Below, in pieces: positions 1 to 7,215 of a DNA stretch of 37,958 bases. Position numbers and translations under genes: made by a program. Numbering within the stretch: position 1 is the first letter of the stretch; every line of letters begins with the position of its first letter. The notes beneath the pieces were generated by a model, which searched no databases, was not told the DNA's origin, and saw only the letters and a list, made by a program, of their open reading frames with translations. Source of the DNA: a virus (lineage: Duplodnaviria; Caudoviricetes). The stretch is from positions 1 through 37,958 of the IMG/VR virus record IMGVR_UViG_3300043416_000465. One strand, given 5' to 3'.

Positions 1-861
1 GCCCTGATAGTCGCTACCACCGGCTCGACTAGCCTCAATTAGGCCAATAGTGGTACCTTCGGGGCTAGTTGTCCAGTCGTCTTCGCCAAAAGCCTGCAAG
101 GCTTCCTCTAGCGCCTCGATCTCTTCTGGCTGCGAGCCGATCGGGTAAGTTCCATGTCGATGTGGTTTGGCATATTTCTCTAAAAACAATACCCACCAGC
201 GCATTCCTTGGCGCTTGAAAAAAGTTGGCCAGTAGAGCCAGTATGCCAGTCCTCGCCCATTAGGATCGTCGATCGAATCATCGCCTAAACTAAAGTACCA
301 GTATTTGTTAGGCAGCAATTCAGCGCCGTTATAGTCACGGTTGTTTCGCCACCTAATTTCATTTTCATACGTCCACAGAAATCTTTTACGATGCCTGGGT
401 AGCAGGTCTGCTAACTCCACCCGGTCGCCTTCCCCTGGCTCATACATAGCTTCGGCGATCGAGAAGCCCCAAAAAGCGCCCCAGGCCATTTTTGAGCAAA
501 CATCATCCCAGCAAATATCGCTCAACTGCTGCTTGAGGTCTACGGCGGCTTCGATATCGATCGGCTTGTTGCCACCTGGCAGCACTATGGTTTCACGGCT
601 GATAATTTGAGCTATAAGCTGGCCAAAACCCGCTTTTACTTGGTCGTCTTGCCTGACCGGCTCGTAGAAATCTAGATTCCCACTGCCCTTATCTCTAAGA
701 ATTGGGTCGCTTGGAGCCAGTACAAATTTATCTAAATAAGCCCCCCAGAAATCAGCGCGCTTGGGAGTTTGCTCTTGGCTTAAGCTCGCCCGCTGTATAG
801 CCGGTGGAATTTGGCGTTTCTTGGTGGAGGTTGATCGACTTTGGTTGGACGCTTTAGGCAT
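1..861 (-). CDS. Portal protein, Mu gp29/DUF935-like, N-terminal 287 aa; continues across the circular junction into 37949..36099
   Basis: Not in the ORF track because it has no stop before the window edge. Manual translation from ATG at 861: MPKASNQ...DPNGRGLAYWLYWPTFFKRQGMRWWVLFLEKYAKPHRHGTY...IEASRAGGSDYQG. It joins in frame to MVDICNAAISKIINGQTMTT, a typical DUF935 motif. Confidence 0.9.
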   Translation of the reverse strand, partial: MPKASNQSRSTSTKKRQIPPAIQRASLSQEQTPKRADFWGAYLDKFVLAPSDPILRDKGSGNLDFYEPVRQDDQVKAGFGQLIAQIISRETIVLPGGNKPIDIEAAVDLKQQLSDICWDDVCSKMAWGAFWGFSIAEAMYEPGEGDRVELADLLPRHRKRFLWTYENEIRWRNNRDYNGAELLPNKYWYFSLGDDSIDDPNGRGLAYWLYWPTFFKRQGMRWWVLFLEKYAKPHRHGTYPIGSQPEEIEALEEALQAFGEDDWTTSPEGTTIGLIEASRAGGSDYQG

Positions 862-866
862 TTCAA

Positions 867-2012
867 TTAATATCCGTTAATTGGTAGTTGCAGAGCCTTG
901 GATCGCGTCACGTCGCCATACTTGCCATCCTCGGTAATGCGATCGGTGGGGTTGTTTTTATTCCAGTACTTCTGGAGAGCCAAAACTGTTTCGATCGGCG
1001 CACCTAAGTCCTTCTCGAAATGGACTGGATCGTTGCCCGATTTATCCATCTGCCAAACCCAGCCATATTTTTTAAAGATAGGTCGTGCCCCGTCAATATC
1101 TTCAACGTCGATCGCCTGCCCAGCCTCATGATTAGAGGTTCCCGGCTTGGCACACGCAGGGATGCTGCACATCTTACGCTTAAACCACTCATACAAGCAG
1201 ATTTGCTGGGCTGCCGTGCGATACAGACTATTGATCCTCAGTGGCCTGCCACTTATCTCATAGTAATCATTTACTACTTGCCAAAAACTTGGCTCTAAAG
1301 TCTGGCTAATAGCTAGGTTAACTGCTGCATCATTGCATTTTATCTTTGGGCAATCGCTACGAATTACAGCCATGCTGGAGGCGGATCGAATTAGCCCAGC
1401 ATTCAGACCGGCAAGGCCAGCGGTAGAGCAGCCACCCTCGTCGATATACTGCCCCAAAGTTTTGCCAGTATTTAGTGGAGTCTCGCCCAAGATAGCCGAG
1501 GCAATCGCCGTAGCCATGCCAACAGCTCCAATTTTTTTGTACTGCACGACATCGGCGATCGAATCACAGAAGAAAAGTTCAATCAAGATTGCTGGTGCCT
1601 GAGTATATTTGATTACGAAAAGATGGCTTCCATCCTTTACACCTCGCGACTTCCATCCAAGTCGCGAAATCTGCGTCTCCACCCTTTTAGCAACTTCCGT
1701 AGCCGCTTTGCTAACAGCAAAAACTTCTACTCCCATGGGGTTTGGGTTGGATTTGTAGGCGTTGCAGTGGATAGACACAAACAAATCAGCAGATCCCTGG
1801 TTACTGGTCTTTACCCGCAGATCGAGGCTGTTGTTTATCGATTTTGCTGCTGATGGTCGGCACATGATGATCCGTCTGCCGCGAAGCATCAACTCATTTC
1901 TGAGGGCTTCCCCTACAGCCTCGGTTACAATGTCCTCCAGCACGACTCCATCAGCACCAGTGTCCGGGCTGACTCCGTGACCACAGTCGATCGCTATACT
2001 GGCAAAAATCAT
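867..2012 (-). CDS. Endolysin: Amidase_3 N-acetylmuramoyl-L-alanine amidase + M15/VanY-like peptidase + peptidoglycan-binding tail
   Basis: IDCGHG, LED, FVSIHCNA, PAILIEL (Amidase_3 Zn ligands). INSLYRT...PGTSNHEAGQAIDV...DPVH (SxHxxxxAxD M15 motif). C-terminal LQ...ITEDGKYGDVT resembles PG_binding_1. Confidence 0.88.
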   Translation of the reverse strand: MIFASIAIDCGHGVSPDTGADGVVLEDIVTEAVGEALRNELMLRGRRIIMCRPSAAKSINNSLDLRVKTSNQGSADLFVSIHCNAYKSNPNPMGVEVFAVSKAATEVAKRVETQISRLGWKSRGVKDGSHLFVIKYTQAPAILIELFFCDSIADVVQYKKIGAVGMATAIASAILGETPLNTGKTLGQYIDEGGCSTAGLAGLNAGLIRSASSMAVIRSDCPKIKCNDAAVNLAISQTLEPSFWQVVNDYYEISGRPLRINSLYRTAAQQICLYEWFKRKMCSIPACAKPGTSNHEAGQAIDVEDIDGARPIFKKYGWVWQMDKSGNDPVHFEKDLGAPIETVLALQKYWNKNNPTDRITEDGKYGDVTRSKALQLPINGY

Positions 2013-2050
2013 AATTATTTTTGTTGTGTTGGGTGGTTAAAGCCAAATTA

Positions 2051-2082
2051 GTGAACTTTGTAAATCTCTTGAATTTTATCAG
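2051..2082 (-). promoter_or_regulatory. Promoter-like element CTGATAAAAT-N5-AGATTTACAAAGTTCAC upstream of endolysin/portal
   Basis: Near-identical copy at 23208-23240 on the + strand; contains a TAAAAT -10-like hexamer. Confidence 0.55.
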
Positions 2083-2148
2083 TATTGCTGATTCCTGTGC
2101 TGTTATTGGCCGATCTCGGGAACCATGAATAAAATTGCGAATCAAAAA

Positions 2149-2511
2149 ATGAGATTTTTCACCCTGGCGTTTCTGCTCTTAGGTGGTTGTTCAGGCACGC
2201 CCCCCACAGAGATCAGTCCCACCCCTTCAACTTTGAGCGCCCCAGCCGCGACACTTCCCCCCGTTCCGTCCGACCCCGCTTGCAACAGACCGCATGTCAG
2301 CATAAAACTAGACACTTTCCAATCCTGCCTAGTCGAAGGGATGAGCTACATTCAAGTGGCGAATATTCTGGGCAGCGCAGGCACTCTTCAGGCACAGTCA
2401 GGATCTGCCCAAGTATGGGAGTGGGGTGATGGCAACGGGGGCTTTCTATTCGTTAGCTTTCGTGATCAGTTAATGATCAGCAAATCTCAAACGGGCTTGG
2501 CTCGTCAGTAG
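2149..2511 (+). CDS. Lipoprotein with BLIP/SmpA(OmlA)/DUF3862-like C-terminal domain
   Basis: Signal peptide MRFFTLAFLLLGGC (lipobox), Pro-rich linker, EGMSYIQVANILGSAG...VWEW...SKSQTGL. Opposite strand to its neighbours. Start chosen at the second ATG. Confidence 0.75.
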   Translation: MRFFTLAFLLLGGCSGTPPTEISPTPSTLSAPAATLPPVPSDPACNRPHVSIKLDTFQSCLVEGMSYIQVANILGSAGTLQAQSGSAQVWEWGDGNGGFLFVSFRDQLMISKSQTGLARQ

Positions 2512-3923
2512 CCTGCGTAATCGATCGATCGCTGCTTCTGCCTAGATCCCGACGCTTTGGGCTGCCGGAGTTCCTCTCCGGCTCCCATTGCTTTGTAGAC
2601 TGCCAGTGTCAGCGCCGAATAGTGGTCAGCGTGGCCGCCATCGCGCCGATCGGCAGTGAATCGCACATTCCCGCTTGCGCTCACACACCGCACGATCGAG
2701 CGCAAATCTTCTTCGATCCTTTCAATTACGGCGGCTGCTTTTTGCTCGCTCGGCATCGGTGGCAACAATATCATGCCAGATTCTAGCCCCCGCTTGGTCT
2801 GTAGCGCCATCGCCCCCTTATTGTTGCCATTAAAAATTACCCCCTCAACTCTGGTGGATCCGTACTTTTTAATGTATTTTTCGGTGCTCTCCTCGCCCAT
2901 TCCTCCTTGGTCGATCGCCATCCCCTCGAACTTGTACTTTGTAAATAGAGCAGCAATCACCCTTTCTTGCTCCTCAAAATCCGCCCCCTGCAAAGCTATC
3001 ACTTCTACAGTCCGCAAAAATCGACCATCCCGTTGCAGCACCCAAGCTACCCACCGATCGCCCCGTAGCCCAATGTCGTTACCCAGGAAGAAGCGAGGTT
3101 TTAGAGTGGTCAAGTTATTGAATTTAGCCTTGCTGCCATCGATCGAGCACTGAGCACTTCTAGCTAGTCTAATCAAACCCTGGCCTAGCCACTGGGTAAC
3201 GCCATCGATCCACTGAAGCATCATTTCCCGCGCCCATTTGTCAGGATCTGATTGCTCCTTTTCTCGATTGATGTCGTACAGCCTCCCCTCCGCTACGGCT
3301 TGGACAATATCGACTATCGACTTACTCCACAGCGGCTTGCCTTTGTAGATCTTATCGCTGTGAACGAGTTGGTAAAACATATTGTCTCGATCGCCCCAAG
3401 GGGTACCGGAGACAATCATTTTAAAAATACCTCTGGTACAGTGGCGTAGAGCTTCATACATTTCTTTACCATCCGGATGATGCGCTGCTTCATCCCACCA
3501 AATATTAGCAGTGTACCCCCGCGCTGCCGCTGGTGATGCCGCTTGAGCCATGATCCGCTGGCTGCCAATTCTGATCAAGTACCTGGTAAAGATCTCTTTA
3601 CCATCAGGCGTTTTCACCTCTTCCTCAATGATTCCAATTTCTTTACCGAGTGCAAAAAATACCTTGCACCACTTAGCCACCATATCGATCGCCTCCCTGG
3701 CCTGATCTCTGGTGGCGCTGGCGATCAGCCAGGTTTCGACTCGCCCATCGGCTTCAGCCTTAAAGGTATGTCGAGTAATTTTGGCAGCAATAACGAACGT
3801 TTTGCCATTGCCACGCGCCCACTCAACGACAATATCTCGTTCCTCGTTAGCAATGAGGGCTAGTTGAGATGGCCGAAAAAATTTAAGCCGAGGCTGATTA
3901 GGTGGTTTCGCGGATCGAAGCAT
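2505..3923 (-). CDS. terL: Terminase large subunit (Mu gp28/Terminase_6-like)
   Basis: Walker A WARGNGKT, Walker B IWWDEAA, coupling motif SGTP, RNase H-like GNDIG, AIDQGGMG, and HADHYSALTLA. Confidence 0.93.
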   Translation of the reverse strand: MLRSAKPPNQPRLKFFRPSQLALIANEERDIVVEWARGNGKTFVIAAKITRHTFKAEADGRVETWLIASATRDQAREAIDMVAKWCKVFFALGKEIGIIEEEVKTPDGKEIFTRYLIRIGSQRIMAQAASPAAARGYTANIWWDEAAHHPDGKEMYEALRHCTRGIFKMIVSGTPWGDRDNMFYQLVHSDKIYKGKPLWSKSIVDIVQAVAEGRLYDINREKEQSDPDKWAREMMLQWIDGVTQWLGQGLIRLARSAQCSIDGSKAKFNNLTTLKPRFFLGNDIGLRGDRWVAWVLQRDGRFLRTVEVIALQGADFEEQERVIAALFTKYKFEGMAIDQGGMGEESTEKYIKKYGSTRVEGVIFNGNNKGAMALQTKRGLESGMILLPPMPSEQKAAAVIERIEEDLRSIVRCVSASGNVRFTADRRDGGHADHYSALTLAVYKAMGAGEELRQPKASGSRQKQRSIDYAGY

Positions 3924-4524
3924 CTACCACCTGCGGCTCAAAATTTTCATCATAGGGCAGCACCCCGAGAAATCTTTCCATCTCTAGGACGAATTCATCG
4001 GTAATGTCGCTACGAGGCGCTTCTTTCTTGCCGTAAAGTTGCTCCTTCCGAAAAGGCAGCTCAATCGCGTACTTGGCTTGCAATGCTTGAGATCTGGTCG
4101 TACTGGCGCTATTCAACGCCAAAACCCGCAGATCCATCAGTAAGCTTGATCGCCGTTCAGCTTTCTTGCTAGGGTCTGGCTCATGCTCTAAGCTGGCCAG
4201 CTCTTCTCGCAAGGATTTTCCTAATTCGTAACAGATCAAGGCTTGCTGATCTAAGGCTACGGCCATGATCGATCGCTCGATCGGCATCGTCCCCAGATTG
4301 CTAAGCAGCAGGACTTCATCGCGATCAGCTAGATACTTCTCGATTTTCCCAACACAAAGTAATCTTGCGCGATCAATATCAGCAGCGCTTACTACCTCGC
4401 TAAATTCCGCCCCCACTAGCGCCACTATTTCCGCAGTGGGGAGCTTAAGCACAAGGCTATCCAAGGCTCGCTTCCTAGCCTTGGCCGACAGCCCTGGCAG
4501 CAGGTTCTTTGGCGGTTCGCTCAC
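3898..4524 (-). CDS. Probable terminase small subunit
   Basis: Helical 208-aa ORF immediately upstream of and overlapping terL; assignment by position only. Confidence 0.5.
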   Translation of the reverse strand: MSEPPKNLLPGLSAKARKRALDSLVLKLPTAEIVALVGAEFSEVVSAADIDRARLLCVGKIEKYLADRDEVLLLSNLGTMPIERSIMAVALDQQALICYELGKSLREELASLEHEPDPSKKAERRSSLLMDLRVLALNSASTTRSQALQAKYAIELPFRKEQLYGKKEAPRSDITDEFVLEMERFLGVLPYDENFEPQVVDASIRETT

Positions 4525-4703
4525 GTATGTAAGTTTTTAATTAAATCCATTGTTTTTCGCCCTTTCTTCTTGGGCTTGTAACCTGGTGGATGTTTTCGAT
4601 CCAAGCATGGTTCAAGATCCCGCCTGTCCGCACCTACCGCCCATTCCCAATTATCCATAAACCCTCTTTTGTAGTTCCGTGTTTGCACGGATATCATTTG
4701 CAA
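4521..4703 (-). CDS. Small basic hypothetical protein
   Basis: Stop overlaps the GTG start of the next gene (GTGA coupling); exact start uncertain. Confidence 0.4.
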   Translation of the reverse strand: MQMISVQTRNYKRGFMDNWEWAVGADRRDLEPCLDRKHPPGYKPKKKGRKTMDLIKNLHT

Positions 4704-4747
4704 AGCTTACTTTATATTATTGCAATATAAAACAAAGAGAGCTTTAT

Positions 4748-4915
4748 ATGTCATTGACCAGCTTGATCGCCGCCAATCAAAATACCCCATTTGAATTTAC
4801 GCCTGTAACTGCTTGCCAGTCCGCGATTAGTGGTGTAGAGATTAACTGGGCAGATCTAATCAAGTCAGCAGAAGAGTCAATCATAGAAAAAGCACTAGAA
4901 GAGCTGGGTTTATAA
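4748..4915 (+). CDS. Hypothetical protein
   Basis: ATG at 4748 after an AT-rich promoter-like stretch; adjacent to the following ORF. Confidence 0.5.
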   Translation: MSLTSLIAANQNTPFEFTPVTACQSAISGVEINWADLIKSAEESIIEKALEELGL

Positions 4916-4916
4916 A

Positions 4917-5126
4917 GTGAGCTTGATCAAAGAATCAACTGATCACAAGAAAATATTGCTCGCCGCACTACAGACCATGCCCACTGGTATCAGGCGAGCA
5001 ATATGGCAAGAATATCAGGACTACAGGGCGATCGGGAAGCCCCGTAACTGGGCAGCGATCGCGGCCATGACAAAATATAGCAATTTGATGGCTAACAAGC
5101 ATCTGTGGGATAGTGAGACTAGATGA
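4917..5126 (+). CDS. Hypothetical protein
   Basis: 69-aa ORF directly after 4915, followed by a hairpin. Confidence 0.55.
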   Translation: MSLIKESTDHKKILLAALQTMPTGIRRAIWQEYQDYRAIGKPRNWAAIAAMTKYSNLMANKHLWDSETR

Positions 5127-5138
5127 TAGTTAGCTACC

Positions 5139-5179
5139 AAAGCCGCTCAATCAGCCTCATTAGCCGTTGGGCGGTTTTT
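5139..5179. terminator. Probable bidirectional intrinsic terminator
   Basis: AAAGCCGCTCAA...TTGGGCGGTTTTT stem between convergent genes; loop is long (16 nt). Confidence 0.55.
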
Positions 5180-5408
5180 ACTGCCCAACATCATCAGCAC
5201 TACTTGCCAGGTTCCCTGACTTGCCAGTCATGAGCAATGCAATTATCTGCCCAATACCCAGGAGCAGATCTGCGCTACTCAAGTCCCTCCTCCCAGTCAA
5301 TTCAAGGCTCAATCCAATAAACATAACGATCGCGACGATCGAGCTAAGAGCATCTTTTCTGGTTGTCCCGAAAATCCAAACCAAAGCCGCCTTGATATTT
5401 TTCGTCAT
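5178..5408 (-). CDS. Putative holin
   Basis: 76 aa with two hydrophobic segments (LSSIVAIVMFIGLSL; LLLGIGQIIALLM) and a polar C-terminus; lies at the end of the tail operon. Confidence 0.55.
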   Translation of the reverse strand: MTKNIKAALVWIFGTTRKDALSSIVAIVMFIGLSLELTGRRDLSSADLLLGIGQIIALLMTGKSGNLASSADDVGQ

Positions 5409-5823
5409 TTTTATATTGCTTAGCTGCGATCAGATCATATCTCACCCCAGCGGCCTTTTTCTCTGGCTGCGGTGGCCGATAATTAATAACGATACTGCTG
5501 ATCGCGATCAGCATGGCGCAGGCAAATCCACCCCAAGCCTGAACGACAATCCCCTCCATCTTTTTTTGGGACCGATCAAAAGCGTCGTAAAGCAAATCCA
5601 CTTTTTTCAGGTAGGCTGGTAGCTCGCTAATTGCTAATTCCTGGCGAGATTTGCTGGCATTGAGTAAGGCGATCGCTTGGTGAGCCTGTGCTATGGCTCG
5701 CCTGACTTCCGACAAATCACTCCCATGAATATCAATCTTCTTTGCCAGATCTTGCAGTTGATATGCGGCTAAGTCTAACCCACTCAAAATCTGCCTGGCT
5801 TCTTCTTGACTCAACTCGATCAT
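5344..5823 (-). CDS. Coiled-coil membrane protein, possibly lysis-associated
   Basis: Heptad-rich N-terminus and a TM segment IVVQAWGGFACAMLIAISSIVI. Confidence 0.55.
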   Translation of the reverse strand: MIELSQEEARQILSGLDLAAYQLQDLAKKIDIHGSDLSEVRRAIAQAHQAIALLNASKSRQELAISELPAYLKKVDLLYDAFDRSQKKMEGIVVQAWGGFACAMLIAISSIVINYRPPQPEKKAAGVRYDLIAAKQYKNDEKYQGGFGLDFRDNQKRCS

Positions 5824-6152
5824 GCTTTATCTCTGCTCTCCTCATTTTCTCTTGAATTGTAGCCCTTGCCACAACCAACTGCTCTATACAATTCCGCAGG
5901 TCGTTGATCACAAAATACCGCATAAAAAATACTGATTATTACTCTTTGACTATAGATCCGGCAGGACTGACCGCCTCAATAATTAATGTTTTTATTCGAT
6001 TCTCTGGCAGTATTACTGAATTGTTTATCAGAAGAGCTGATAAATTCTGCACTTTTTAAAACCCGTAGTTTTACGGATATCGATCGCTGATCAGGCAAGC
6101 TATAAAAGTAGGACAAGCAGCACCGCTTCACGCTGCCCTACAGGTAAAAGAG

Positions 6153-6497
6153 ATGAAAGTTACCACCCGCAAACCTCTCAACACCGCCGCTTCATTGATC
6201 GCGTCCGAATCTACTAAGTACACAACCCTTTCCGATGGTTCGATCTGGGATGAGGTGGTTTTGCCTGCCCCAATCGAACCACACCCAGCAGCAGTAAATC
6301 AGACAGCTAGCCCTGTGATTCTATTCCTGATTGCCTTTGTGGTTGCTACCGTGCTGGCTAAGGTATCGATCGCCCTCATCCTCATCACAGCCAAGGTTGC
6401 AAAAAAAATAGCCACCCAAATCGCGGCTTTTTGGGCAGCGCAGATGGGTGGCGAAAAAATAGACTTCCGGGTCTATCAGGCAATTTTTGACTTTTAA
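6153..6497 (+). CDS. Hypothetical membrane protein
   Basis: AGGT-like RBS, long hydrophobic helix VILFLIAFVVATVLAKVSIALILI; antisense to the tail operon. Confidence 0.6.
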   Translation: MKVTTRKPLNTAASLIASESTKYTTLSDGSIWDEVVLPAPIEPHPAAVNQTASPVILFLIAFVVATVLAKVSIALILITAKVAKKIATQIAAFWAAQMGGEKIDFRVYQAIFDF

Positions 6498-7198
6498 TTG
6501 GGGAGGACTTTGATAGTAATCACGAGGCTCTTGGTCTCGTTGAGGGCGATCGACTGGGTAGTAGCCTCGGTGCTTAAGTAGTCCTGCAACACTCCAGTGC
6601 CTGAGCCGATTGTAGCTGTGACGCTAGCCCCAAACAGGTACAGCACATGCTTGTATTCAAGCGCCGCAGCGTTGGTATTTTGAATGACGATTGCCTTTGG
6701 TGGTTTCTCGGCATTGCCACTCACCAGGGTAGACGCTCCGACTGCTGATAATGGCGATCGAGCCGTCCAGCTTGGGTGGGTGACCTCTTTGGCCAATAGT
6801 ACAGCCAGCAGATCTGTGCTATTCAGTTCTTGCTCGTTGGTGGTAATTGTTCCGGTGCCATCGTCGGTCAAGTTGATCGCCGTGCCCGCAACAGCCAGCG
6901 CCGCAGTAGTGGCCAGCTTGTAGGTGGTGGTCGATATCACGATCGCGAAATAATCTTGGCTGGCTGAGATTCCGGTAGGGAGAGCGCCCCCGCTAACCGC
7001 GAGTCTTACCCTCGATCCGGTGGTTAGCCCATGAGCGCTGCCAGTAGTCAGCACATCGGTACTGGACGCCACTGTGGTAGCTACGTTGAGCGTAAGAGCT
7101 GCGCTTAGTAGTGCGATATAGCCGATCGTTCCGATGTTGGGGAAATTGGTATCAGCAAGGCTGAGTAATGCCCGTTCAGTGGCTACTGCGATTGTCAT
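6494..7198 (-). CDS. Minor tail/structural protein with HGLxTG beta-barrel (FCCH-like) insert
   Basis: Thr/Ala-rich; TDVLTTGSAHGLTTGSRVRL...YFAIVISTTTYKLAT motif typical of phage structural proteins; GGAG RBS. Confidence 0.65.
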   Translation of the reverse strand: MTIAVATERALLSLADTNFPNIGTIGYIALLSAALTLNVATTVASSTDVLTTGSAHGLTTGSRVRLAVSGGALPTGISASQDYFAIVISTTTYKLATTAALAVAGTAINLTDDGTGTITTNEQELNSTDLLAVLLAKEVTHPSWTARSPLSAVGASTLVSGNAEKPPKAIVIQNTNAAALEYKHVLYLFGASVTATIGSGTGVLQDYLSTEATTQSIALNETKSLVITIKVLPN

Positions 7199-7215
7199 AG
7201 TGTCTCCTTTATTTT

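Noticed and set aside
341-610. 89-aa + strand ORF
   Set aside because: Antisense shadow of the portal gene, which the ORF track missed.
5732-5923. 63-aa - strand ORF
   Set aside because: Overlaps the 159-aa ORF by about 90 bp and has no motif; cannot be supported, though not excluded.
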